Notes under the pieces: generated by a model
Databases searched by the model: none
Seen by the model: the letters and a program-made list of their open reading frames with translations, nothing else
What the model was told of the DNA's origin: nothing
Made by a program: the position numbers and the translations under genes
Assembly (NCBI GenBank): GCA_050174015.1
Contig: JBFXKG010000001.1
Location: forward strand, 160,001 to 224,000
Direction of reading: 5' to 3'
Origin: Candidatus Krumholzibacteriia bacterium
GTDB taxonomy: Bacteria; Krumholzibacteriota; Krumholzibacteriia; LZORAL124-64-63
Length of the DNA: 64,000 nucleotides
Shown: in pieces, positions 55,815 through 64,000 of the stretch
Layout of the letters: each line of letters starts with the position of its first letter
Position numbering within the stretch: the first letter of the stretch is position 1

Positions 55815-58406
55815 TCAAAGGCTGAACCAGGTGGAGAACTTCGCCAGCAACGTGTTCCCCGGTTCGGTCCGGAACGGGTAGCCGGCCTCGAATCGGTTGC
55901 TCCAGCGGTCGGGGTCGGCAGCCCCGCCGCGGGTGTCGTACCGCTCCTTGTTGTGGGTCCAGACCAGGAAGATGGTGGATCCCGGCCGGTACTCCCAGCG
56001 ATAGACCAGGTTCAGGTTCACGGCGCCGTAGTTGAAGTCGTACAGGTCCGCATCCAGGGGATAGGGGCGCAGGTCGTAGGAATCGGGCGTGGCCAGCCAC
56101 TGGGGATTGCTGTAGCGCCCCCGGGTCAAAAACGGCTGGACGTAGAGCTCGACGGATCGATCGGGGTCCAGCAGGACGCTGGATCGGAAGGTCACGTCCC
56201 AGATCATCTGGTCCAGTTCGGCGAAGACGTAGTCGACGCCTCCGAGGCCCGTCACCCCGGGATGGGAACCGTCGTTGGCGAAGTTTTCCAGCCACTGGTC
56301 GTCGCTGCGGTTGTGGCGGATGCCGAACCCCAGGGTGTGGGACAGGTGCTCGTTCTGGTTCCAGCGCACGCTGCCCTCGGTGGCCAGGGCGTCGAGGCTT
56401 TCGCCGCCGTCCCAGTGGACCTCCAGCGAGACGGAGAACGGCTTGCGCCAGTCGCTGCTCACGCCCCCGGCGAGGTTGGTCCAGCCCCGCATGGTCATCA
56501 GGGGACCCTGCCGCCCCCGGAAGCTGCGGGTGGCGTACTTGTCGGTCCCGTCGGGATAGTGGGCGGCGTAGAGCCAGCCCTGGTGGTAGCGCTTGTGCTG
56601 GGCGGTCGTCATCAGGGAAATGGCGGCGCCTTGCCCATGTCCCGGGCCGTAGCGCCAGGCGGTCGCGCCGGTGGCGACGTCCAGCCCGGTGTTCCCGGCG
56701 TAGAGCCAGCTGCGCTCCGCCTCCAGTTCCACTTCGATCCAGTTGAAGAACCCGTCGCGGCCCTCGGCGTTGTAGGAGTATTCGAACTCACCGCCGATGG
56801 CCTTCTCGTCCGGCGCCTGCAGGTAGCCCATGTCGTTGGGGTCGAGCTGGTCGGATTCCCAGTAGCCGGTCACCCCGCCCCGCCAGGAGCCGCCGACCTT
56901 GCCCGCGAAGAGGCGGCCGCCGGTGCCGTACCGTGTGTCGCCGCTCCGGGCGGGATCGAAACGGTCGGCGAAGGAATCGACGATGGTCCCGACGGCCGAG
57001 CCGGCGACGCGATAGGCCCGGTCGGCGAAGTTCAGCTGGAAGTCGAGCCCCCCGCTGTGGGCGTCGCGCAGCCAGCGCGGATCCCGGACGTTCGCGAACG
57101 AGTCGCGGTCCCTCCGCACCGTCGTCCCCATCAGGTACACCTGGTGGTTGCCTTCGGCGAACTCCCGGCCGACCCGGACCAGGCCGTAATAGGTCTTCTG
57201 GGTGCCGGGGACGAAGGGGTTGTGGGCCTTGTCCGGGACGCCGAGGTCGGTGGCCGCCCCCAGGAAGGCCAGGGAGACGTTGCCGCCGATCTTGCCGGTC
57301 AGCTTGGCCGCGCCCCGGATGCGGGAGTTGGGATCCCCGCTGCCGATCCGGCGCGAATAGAACAGGGTGAAGTCCGGATGCTGGAAGGACCGGGCTCCCT
57401 CGATGAAGAAGGGCCGCTTTTCCGCGTAGAAGGTCTCGAAGGGGGACAGGTTCAACGTGGCGGGGTCCGCCTCGACCTGGCCGAAGTCCGGCTGGAAGGT
57501 GGCGTTGAGGGTCAGGTTCGCGGTGATCCCGTACTTCAGGTCCGCCCCGAAGTTCTGGGCGTTCTGCCACCCGTCGGTGGCGGGGTCGGGATCGGCCGGA
57601 TCGGTGTGCCTGGTCACAACGTAGGGCAGGATCTCGAGCTTCCGCGGATTGGCCACCCCCCGCAGCCCGGTCAGGGTGCCCCAGCGGCTGACGAAGCCGC
57701 TGGTGTTGCGGTCCCAGGTCACCCAGCCGGTGTCCTCGGCGCGGCCGTGCATCCAGCGGTAGACCTGCAATCCCCAGGTCATGTCGTCGCGCGGGGTGAA
57801 CCGGATCTGGGAAAAGGGGATCCGCACCTCGACGTACCAGCCCTTCTCGTCGGCGGCGGTTCTCGCTTCCCAGACCCCGTTCCAGTCCCAGTCCCGGTCA
57901 CCGTTGTCGAACAGGTAGGCGTCGGCCAGGACCTCCTCGGGGCTGATGCGGAAGTTGTAGCCTGTGGTCCGGTCCAGGTACGGATCGAGGTAGATGCTGA
58001 CCATGTCCGAGGCCTGCAGGTTGTCCCGCCGGTCCAGGTGGCTCGAGACGTTGCGCATGTCCTGTTCCCAGCACGCCACGCCGAAGTAGAGGGCGTCCTC
58101 GTCGTAGAGGACCTTGAAGGTGGTCGGCACCGACGGCGGTCCCCCGCGCGACGGTTCGTTCTGCTGGAATCCCCAGCCGGTCTCGGCGCGGTCCCAGGCC
58201 GGGTCGTCCAGACGGCCGTCCAGGGCGATGGTTTCGTCGCCCAGGGAGGTCGCCGCCAGGGCGGGCAGGGCGGTCAGGGTCCCGTTGGCCGCGACGGGGT
58301 GGAGGGGGCCGTCCCCTCGGGGGGCGAAGCTCGGGACGGGGGCGGCGAGGGCGGGGAGCGCAAAGGCGACCGACAGGGCCAGCGCTGCGGTGGTCGGGAA
58401 AGGCAT
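55815..58406 (-). CDS. CBM9-like + DUF5916 outer-membrane protein
   Basis: LDGRLDD.AW, RIPFSQIRF, PDFGQVEAD, EKRPFF.EG, LFYSRRIG, RWEYRPGS; terminal WFSL. Confidence 0.88.
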   Translation of the reverse strand: MPFPTTAALALSVAFALPALAAPVPSFAPRGDGPLHPVAANGTLTALPALAATSLGDETIALDGRLDDPAWDRAETGWGFQQNEPSRGGPPSVPTTFKVLYDEDALYFGVACWEQDMRNVSSHLDRRDNLQASDMVSIYLDPYLDRTTGYNFRISPEEVLADAYLFDNGDRDWDWNGVWEARTAADEKGWYVEVRIPFSQIRFTPRDDMTWGLQVYRWMHGRAEDTGWVTWDRNTSGFVSRWGTLTGLRGVANPRKLEILPYVVTRHTDPADPDPATDGWQNAQNFGADLKYGITANLTLNATFQPDFGQVEADPATLNLSPFETFYAEKRPFFIEGARSFQHPDFTLFYSRRIGSGDPNSRIRGAAKLTGKIGGNVSLAFLGAATDLGVPDKAHNPFVPGTQKTYYGLVRVGREFAEGNHQVYLMGTTVRRDRDSFANVRDPRWLRDAHSGGLDFQLNFADRAYRVAGSAVGTIVDSFADRFDPARSGDTRYGTGGRLFAGKVGGSWRGGVTGYWESDQLDPNDMGYLQAPDEKAIGGEFEYSYNAEGRDGFFNWIEVELEAERSWLYAGNTGLDVATGATAWRYGPGHGQGAAISLMTTAQHKRYHQGWLYAAHYPDGTDKYATRSFRGRQGPLMTMRGWTNLAGGVSSDWRKPFSVSLEVHWDGGESLDALATEGSVRWNQNEHLSHTLGFGIRHNRSDDQWLENFANDGSHPGVTGLGGVDYVFAELDQMIWDVTFRSSVLLDPDRSVELYVQPFLTRGRYSNPQWLATPDSYDLRPYPLDADLYDFNYGAVNLNLVYRWEYRPGSTIFLVWTHNKERYDTRGGAADPDRWSNRFEAGYPFRTEPGNTLLAKFSTWFSL

Positions 58407-58573
58407 GGTCTCTCCAGGGGGCGGCGGGGCGGCATGCCACGAATCAGGGTTGCAGGCCGGGGAGTCCCGCGGCCGGGGGATGATGGACCTACGGCCGGGG
58501 GCCGCCGGGTGTTGCGGGAAGCCTACCATCCCTCAGGGGATGGGGGACACTCCGGAATTCCCGGGCGGCGACC

Positions 58574-58600
58574 GAACTCTTGACGCGGCGCCTGCGTCTA
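58574..58600 (+). promoter_or_regulatory. ECF-sigma autoregulatory promoter (GAAC-N17-CGTCTA)
   Basis: AAC at 58575-58577 and CGTC at 58595-58598 upstream of the ECF gene. Confidence 0.6.
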
Positions 58601-58663
58601 TGGGTTGATCGGAAGAACGAGAACAGGGTTTGGCCCGGGATGCCCCAACCGATACGGGTGACG

Positions 58664-59254
58664 ATGGACCAGGCGGAACTTCTGGAACGCTGTCGCGAGG
58701 GCGACGAGCTCGCATGGGAGATGCTGGTGAGACAGCAGCAGGGACGGGTGTGCTCCATAGCCTACAGCTACGTGGGCGAGCAGGACGAGGCCTTCGACCT
58801 CGCCCAGGACATCTTCGTCCGCCTGTACAAGAGCCTGGACACCTGCACCGATCCCGAGAAGTTCCCCGCGTGGCTGACCCGGATCGCCCGCAACGCCTGC
58901 ATCGACCACCTGCGCCGGCGCAAGGCGAGGCCGCCCCGGCAGGACATCCCCGCCGACGAGATGACGAACCTGGCCGCCGAGACCCCGACCCCGGAGGACG
59001 AGTGGTTCCGGTCGTCCCGGCAGAAGATGGTGCACCGGGCCTTGCAGCAACTCAGCGAGATCAACCGCGAGATCATCGTCCTGAAGGACATCCAGGGCCT
59101 GCCCCTGGAGGAGATCGCCGGGATGCTGGACCTGCCCCTGGGCACGGTGAAGTCGCGGTCGAGCAGGGCGCGCATCGAACTGGCCAGGACGATCACGGGG
59201 ATGGGCGGCGGACCGGACGGTCCCGGCCCGTTGGGCGCGGAGGCGGCGATATGA
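58664..59254 (+). CDS. ECF sigma-70 factor
   Basis: GDE.AWE.LV, DLAQDIF, F.AWL.RIARN.CIDHLRR, EIA..L..PLGTVKSR; start may be 58640. Confidence 0.93.
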   Translation: MDQAELLERCREGDELAWEMLVRQQQGRVCSIAYSYVGEQDEAFDLAQDIFVRLYKSLDTCTDPEKFPAWLTRIARNACIDHLRRRKARPPRQDIPADEMTNLAAETPTPEDEWFRSSRQKMVHRALQQLSEINREIIVLKDIQGLPLEEIAGMLDLPLGTVKSRSSRARIELARTITGMGGGPDGPGPLGAEAAI

Positions 59255-60072
59255 ACGGCTCCCGGGGCAACGGCCGCGACCGCAGCGAGCGCTTCCTGAA
59301 CGACGTGCTGGCCCGCACCAGCGGGCCGGCCTGCGGGCGGGCGCTGGATCTGCTGCCGGGGCTGACCGACGGCGAGTTGGGCGACCTGGACCGGCGGCTG
59401 GTCCAGGGCCACCTGGAGCACTGCCCGCAGTGCCGGGCGACGGCGGTGGTCATGGGCTGGCTGGGGGGCGCCCTCGATTCGATGGCCGTGGTGGATCCCG
59501 GGGAGGGCTTCACCCGCAGGGTGCTGGCCCGCACCAGCCGCGCCGCGGCCCTCGAGGCGGAACGGCGGCGCCTGACCGGGGCGGCCGGCCTGATGGATCG
59601 GCTGGGCAGGTGGTGGGAGGATCGGATCCAGCGTCCGGCCTTCGCCATGCAGGCGGCCTACGCGGCCACGGTCGTCCTGGTGCTGCTGACGGCGGTGCCG
59701 GGGGCCCCCTTGAAGCAGCTCCCGGGGCAGGCCCTGGAACTGGTCCAGGCCGGGCCGGACGAATCCTCGGTCGTCGGCCGGGCCCTGGGCGGGGCCGGCG
59801 CCTGGGTCGAATCCCGCACCGGCGTCGTCGTGGACTCCGGGCGCGGCGGGCTGGCCTCGGGCTGGGGGAAAGTCCGCTCGTCCTGGACGGAACGGGCGGA
59901 CCGGACCGCGGCCGACCGCGCCGAACTCCGGGCCCGGGTCGAGGACGTGATGGATCAGGCCGGGCGGGGACGCCTGGGCCAGGCGGGATACCGCCTCTGG
60001 GAGGCCGGCAAGGCCTTCGGCAGCTTCTGGAATCACTGGTGGACAAGCGATCGACAAGCAGATGCGTCATAG
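59251..60072 (+). CDS. zf-HC2 anti-sigma factor
   Basis: C...DGEL...HLEHCPQC (HxxxCxxC); one TM; ATGA overlap with the sigma gene. Confidence 0.88.
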   Translation: MNGSRGNGRDRSERFLNDVLARTSGPACGRALDLLPGLTDGELGDLDRRLVQGHLEHCPQCRATAVVMGWLGGALDSMAVVDPGEGFTRRVLARTSRAAALEAERRRLTGAAGLMDRLGRWWEDRIQRPAFAMQAAYAATVVLVLLTAVPGAPLKQLPGQALELVQAGPDESSVVGRALGGAGAWVESRTGVVVDSGRGGLASGWGKVRSSWTERADRTAADRAELRARVEDVMDQAGRGRLGQAGYRLWEAGKAFGSFWNHWWTSDRQADAS

Positions 60073-60085
60073 AAAGGAGCTCGTC

Positions 60086-60628
60086 ATGAACGGCGAACAG
60101 CACGACACCAACCGGCCCGGGTACGCAGGAGCGCCGCCGCCGCGGGAAACCTACGGGGTGCCGGTCAACCGCCCGGTCGCCCGGAAATCCCCGGCCCTGG
60201 CCACCACCCTGTCCCTCTTCCCGGGACTCGGCCAGATCTACGTGGGGTATTACCAGCAGGGCTTCATCCATGCGGCGATCGTGGCCACCACGATCACCAT
60301 CCTGGCGGGAGGGGCGGGGAGCTTCACCCCGCTGCTGGGCGTGTCCCTGGCCTTCTTCTGGCTCTTCAACCTCATCGACGCCAACCGCAGGGCCCTGCAC
60401 TTCAACCGCATCGCCGACGGCTTCGGAGGCGAGGAGGTTCCCGACGACATCGCCCTGCCCGGGGCCCGGGGATCGGTGCTCGGGGGGACCATCCTGGCGG
60501 CCATGGGCCTGCTGATCTTCCTGGACCTGAACTTCGGGATCTCCCTGGAGTGGCTGGAGGACTGGTGGCCCCTGGCCCTGGTCGGGATGGGAGTCTGGAT
60601 GATTCTCAAGGCCAGGAGAAAGGACTAG
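60086..60628 (+). CDS. TM2-like / LiaF(DUF5668)-like membrane protein
   Basis: KSP.LA..LS.FPGLGQIY.G; C-terminal WWPLALVGMG; GAAAGGAG SD. Confidence 0.8.
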   Translation: MNGEQHDTNRPGYAGAPPPRETYGVPVNRPVARKSPALATTLSLFPGLGQIYVGYYQQGFIHAAIVATTITILAGGAGSFTPLLGVSLAFFWLFNLIDANRRALHFNRIADGFGGEEVPDDIALPGARGSVLGGTILAAMGLLIFLDLNFGISLEWLEDWWPLALVGMGVWMILKARRKD

Positions 60629-60704
60629 GCCCCCGTTCCGAGCAGGTCCTTCCGGACCCGTTCCACCCGGGGGAACACCGCCGACCAGGTGAAGCCGGAC
60701 AGAT

Positions 60705-60734
60705 CGGGCGGCGGATCGCATGATCCGCCGCCCG
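60705..60734. terminator. GC-rich hairpin downstream of the ECF operon
   Basis: CGGGCGGCGGATC-GCAT-GATCCGCCGCCCG; no U tract. Confidence 0.45.
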
Positions 60735-60850
60735 CGACGTTCAGGATCAGTGATTTTTTGCAGATCTCTTTACTTCGGGTCAAGCCGCAGAGGTTTCCGC
60801 CGATATTGACGGGGGATTGGCCCCCGCCCATGACCGAGGAGTGGAACGAG

Positions 60851-61228
60851 ATGACGAGGATTCTCCTGGTGGACGACGACACCCAGGTGCGAACCATGCT
60901 GAAGAAGACGTTCGAACGAGAGGGATACGAAGTCGTGGAGGCCGGGGACGGCTGCCAGGCCGTCGCCCTCTACGACCCCGACACCATAGATCTGGTGATC
61001 ACGGACATCGTCATGCCCGAGAAGGAAGGCATCGAGACCATCCGGGAGATCAAGAGCAACAACCCTCAGGCCAAGATCATCGCCATCTCGGGCGGAGGCC
61101 GCATCAAGCCGGGCGATTACCTGGCCTGGGCCGAACGTTTCGGGGTGGACAACACCTTCACCAAGCCGATCAGGCGCCAGGAGATCCTCGACGCCATCGA
61201 GGCCCTGGTCAGGAAACCCGTGGGGTGA
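60851..61228 (+). CDS. Single-domain response regulator (REC)
   Basis: ILLVDDD, DLVITDIVMP, IIAISGG, FTKP. Confidence 0.93.
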   Translation: MTRILLVDDDTQVRTMLKKTFEREGYEVVEAGDGCQAVALYDPDTIDLVITDIVMPEKEGIETIREIKSNNPQAKIIAISGGGRIKPGDYLAWAERFGVDNTFTKPIRRQEILDAIEALVRKPVG

Positions 61229-61230
61229 CC

Positions 61231-62262
61231 ATGAAGCTCCAGACCGGAGCGGCGATCCTGGTGGTGGATGACAACATCCAGGACCAGCGCGTGCACCGCG
61301 TCACTCTCCAGGCCCGGGGATACCGCGTCACCACCGCGAACTCGGCGGAGGAGGCGGAGGGCCAGCTGGATCTCACGGTTCCGGACCTGATCCTCCTGGC
61401 GGCCGGCCTCAGGGGCGGGGCCTACGATCTGTGCCGCCGGTTCAAGGACGACCCTCGGCTTCACCAGGTCCCGGTCATCTTCGTCTCCTATTCCCGCGAA
61501 CCGGCGACCGTCGAGCAGATCTTCGCCTGCGGCGGGGTGGACGTCATCGTCAAGCCCTGCCACCTGAGCGAATTCCTGGCCAGGGTCAAGACCCACCTGG
61601 ATCTCGGCAACCTCCTGCGGGAGGTCCAGAGGCTGCGTGAATCCGACATCGACGCCAACCCGCTGACCCACCTGCCGGGAAACAACACCATCGCGACCGC
61701 CATCCAGGAGGCCATCGACCAGGGCCGCGACATGACGGTCATCTACACGGACCTGGACAACTTCAAGGCCTACAACGACGCCTACGGTTTCAGCGCGGGG
61801 GACGACATCCTGCTCTTCAACGCCGAGACCCTGCAAACCGCGCTGCGAACCATCTGCCCGGACGACAGCTTCCTCGGCCACGTGGGCGGGGACGACTTCG
61901 TGCTGCTGGTCCCGGCCGCCAAGGCCGAACAGGTGGGGGCGCGGATCGCGGAAATCTTCGACGCCGGTGCGCCGATGTTCTACCGGGACGAGGATCTCCA
62001 CCGGGGTTGCCTGGTGGCCCAGGACCGCCAGGGCAACGAGCAGCACTTCCCGATCATGGGGATCAGCATGGGGGGGGTCAGGTTGACCAGCCGCCCCTTC
62101 ACCCGCTTCGTCGAGGTGGCGGCGGTCTGCGCCGAGGTGAAGCACGCGGCCAAGAAGATCCCCGGCAGCAACCTGTTCATGGATCGCCGCGGGGACCTTC
62201 TGCCCAGGGAAGCGAAGCCGCCGGCGGCGGTCGACGCCATCGAATCCCCCCAGCCCGCCTGA
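61231..62262 (+). CDS. REC-GGDEF protein (GGDDF), atypical receiver
   Basis: ILVVDDN..KP; NPLTHLPGN, DLDNFKAYNDAYG, GHVGGDDF. Confidence 0.9.
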   Translation: MKLQTGAAILVVDDNIQDQRVHRVTLQARGYRVTTANSAEEAEGQLDLTVPDLILLAAGLRGGAYDLCRRFKDDPRLHQVPVIFVSYSREPATVEQIFACGGVDVIVKPCHLSEFLARVKTHLDLGNLLREVQRLRESDIDANPLTHLPGNNTIATAIQEAIDQGRDMTVIYTDLDNFKAYNDAYGFSAGDDILLFNAETLQTALRTICPDDSFLGHVGGDDFVLLVPAAKAEQVGARIAEIFDAGAPMFYRDEDLHRGCLVAQDRQGNEQHFPIMGISMGGVRLTSRPFTRFVEVAAVCAEVKHAAKKIPGSNLFMDRRGDLLPREAKPPAAVDAIESPQPA

Positions 62263-62272
62263 ATTCAACGGA

Positions 62273-63745
62273 TCAGCCCAGCGCCGTGAGGATGTCCCGG
62301 CACAGATCGGTGAGGGACGGGTCCCGCGCTCCCATGACCAGGACCAGGTCGCCAGGACCGGCCTCCTCGGCGATGGCTGAGGGCAGCCCGGCCCGGTCCG
62401 GGATGAACCGGGCGTCCCGGCCCCGGCCGCTGACCGCGCCCGCCAGATCCGCCGAGGAGATGTCCCGGGTGACCGTGCCTCCGGCGAAGAAGATCTCGGG
62501 CAGCCAGAGGACGTCCCGCGGGCGCAGGCACGAGGCGAAGGTGTCCACCAGGGCGTCGCGCAGGAACCGGGTGGGGCCGAAACCGTGGGGCTGGAAGACG
62601 GCCAGGACCCGGCCGCGGCCGGCGTCCCGCAGGCGCCGGCGGGCGGTCGCGAGGGCGGCGGCGATCTTGTCGGGATTGTGGGCGAAGTCGTCGATCACCT
62701 CGACGTCCCGGGCCGTTCCCACGGGCTGGAAGCGCCGGGCGACGCCCTGGAACCTCGCGAGCGGCCCGGCCGTCTGCTCGACCGTCAGGCCGCAGGCCCG
62801 GCAGGCCGCCACCGCGGCGGCGGCGTTCAACACGTTGTGGATCCCGGGCTGGGGCAGCCGGAAGGGGACGCCGTCGATGATGAAGCGGGATTCGCGCGGG
62901 CGCAGATCGACACCCTCGGCCCAGGTGCCCGCCAGCCCCGCGGGCCGCTGGTCCCGGAGCCCGAAAAAGGCGGCCCCCTCGCGCAGGGAGGCGAGGTTTT
63001 CGTCGGCCGGCATCACGAAGACCCCGCGGGTGCGGGCCTTGAAGGTGGCGAACATGCCCAGGACCTCGGCGGGCGGCTTGTGGTCGAGACCGAGGTTCAA
63101 CACCAGTCCGACGTGGGGACGGTAGCGGACGAGGCTGCCGTCGCTCTCGTCGGCCTCGATCACCAGCCACGGAGGGCCGGGGTCCGCGGCGGCCGCCGGA
63201 TCGGCCGGGGGGGTGGGAGCCCAGGCGTTGCCCAGGTGGCCGCGGGCCGTCAGTTCCGCCAGGGCGCCGCCGGTGAGCAGACCCGGCCCCCAGCCCGCAT
63301 CCTGCAGGATGGCGAACACCATGGCGGTGACCGTGGACTTGCCGCTGGTCCCGGTGACGGCGACGGTGCGGTGGCTCTCCACGTGGCGGGCCAGCAGCTC
63401 GGAGCGATGCAGGATGGGAATGCCCAGCTTGCGCGCCGCCGTCAGGTCCGGCACGGCGTCCTCGACGGCGGTGCTGGCGATCACGGCGTCGCAGCGGCGG
63501 CCGGACGGCTCGACGAGGCCGGACCCGTCCTGGGGCCGGATCTCCACGCCGGCAGCAGCCAGGGCTTGGCGGATGGCTTCGCGTTCCCCGTGGTCGAAAG
63601 CCCGGTCGCTGCCGGTGGCGCGGCCGCCTGCGGCGCGGCTCCCGCCGGCGTGCAGCAGGGCCAGGGCGCTCATGCCGCTGCCGCCGGCGCCCACGAAGTG
63701 GAGCCAGGATCCCGGTCCGACGACGACGGTCTCAGAGGATGACAA
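62273..63745 (-). CDS. MurC/Mpl-like Mur ligase
   Basis: HFVGAGGSGMSALA, VTGTSGKST, IEADESDGS, DH, DDFAHNP, FQPHG. Confidence 0.88.
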   Translation of the reverse strand: MSSSETVVVGPGSWLHFVGAGGSGMSALALLHAGGSRAAGGRATGSDRAFDHGEREAIRQALAAAGVEIRPQDGSGLVEPSGRRCDAVIASTAVEDAVPDLTAARKLGIPILHRSELLARHVESHRTVAVTGTSGKSTVTAMVFAILQDAGWGPGLLTGGALAELTARGHLGNAWAPTPPADPAAAADPGPPWLVIEADESDGSLVRYRPHVGLVLNLGLDHKPPAEVLGMFATFKARTRGVFVMPADENLASLREGAAFFGLRDQRPAGLAGTWAEGVDLRPRESRFIIDGVPFRLPQPGIHNVLNAAAAVAACRACGLTVEQTAGPLARFQGVARRFQPVGTARDVEVIDDFAHNPDKIAAALATARRRLRDAGRGRVLAVFQPHGFGPTRFLRDALVDTFASCLRPRDVLWLPEIFFAGGTVTRDISSADLAGAVSGRGRDARFIPDRAGLPSAIAEEAGPGDLVLVMGARDPSLTDLCRDILTALG

Positions 63746-63998
63746 CCGGATCTCCTTCCTCGACCAGATCGAAGACCTCCAGCACGGCCCGGTTGGCCAG
63801 GCGGATGCAGCCGTGGGAGACCGCCTCGCCCAGGCGGTCCTCCTGGTTCGTGCCGTGCAGGTAGATGAAGCGGGCGAGGCTGTCGATGCCCGGACCCCGG
63901 TTGATCCCGTCCTCCAGCCCCTCGAGGGTCAGGATGCGCGTGAGGATGAGATCCCGGTCCACGTTTCCGGGAGGGCTGCCCGGGCCCGTCCAGATCTC
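63732..63998 (-). CDS. L,D-transpeptidase (YkuD) family, 5' truncated by the window edge
   Basis: ILTRIL.L.GLE.G.N, IYLHGT, SHGCIRL catalytic motif. Confidence 0.85.
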   Translation of the reverse strand, partial: EIWTGPGSPPGNVDRDLILTRILTLEGLEDGINRGPGIDSLARFIYLHGTNQEDRLGEAVSHGCIRLANRAVLEVFDLVEEGDPVVIL

Positions 63999-64000
63999 GC

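Overview
GC-rich bacterial chromosomal window with no rRNA, tRNA, CRISPR array, transposase, integrase or reverse transcriptase that I could recognise. FlgD-Ig/T9SS-like C-termini and short 'SWGxLKALWR'-type tails suggest an FCB-group organism such as Ca. Krumholzibacteriota (inference). About 46 CDS are supported, dominated by secreted hydrolases: a GH57-like enzyme, tricorn S41, S9A, S9C, S8, SGNH and two tandem endonuclease I lipoproteins. Also present are a MarR-ablA-ablB-Na+/solute symporter osmolyte operon, a fused CcsBA cytochrome c synthase, an ECF sigma/anti-sigma locus, REC and REC-GGDEF genes, and a Mur ligase with an L,D-transpeptidase. The best candidates for undescribed biology are five. 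(1) A secreted 'EGDPGDG' pre-peptide gene coupled to a TPR / degenerate sigma54-AAA+ / Fis-HTH regulator, with TGTAACA palindromes upstream and nucleases plus a purine permease downstream. (2) An intergenic unit with a 15-nt perfect complement to the 16S rRNA 3' end, a 15-aa micro-ORF and a terminator. (3) A ~200-nt rod-like putative ncRNA. (4) A degenerate chemoreceptor whose tail repeats an NVFxLxKPK motif. (5) A beta-helix gene with an AT-rich core, a -1 frameshift and the shared C-terminal tail. All calls come from reading motifs by eye; no database searches were run.
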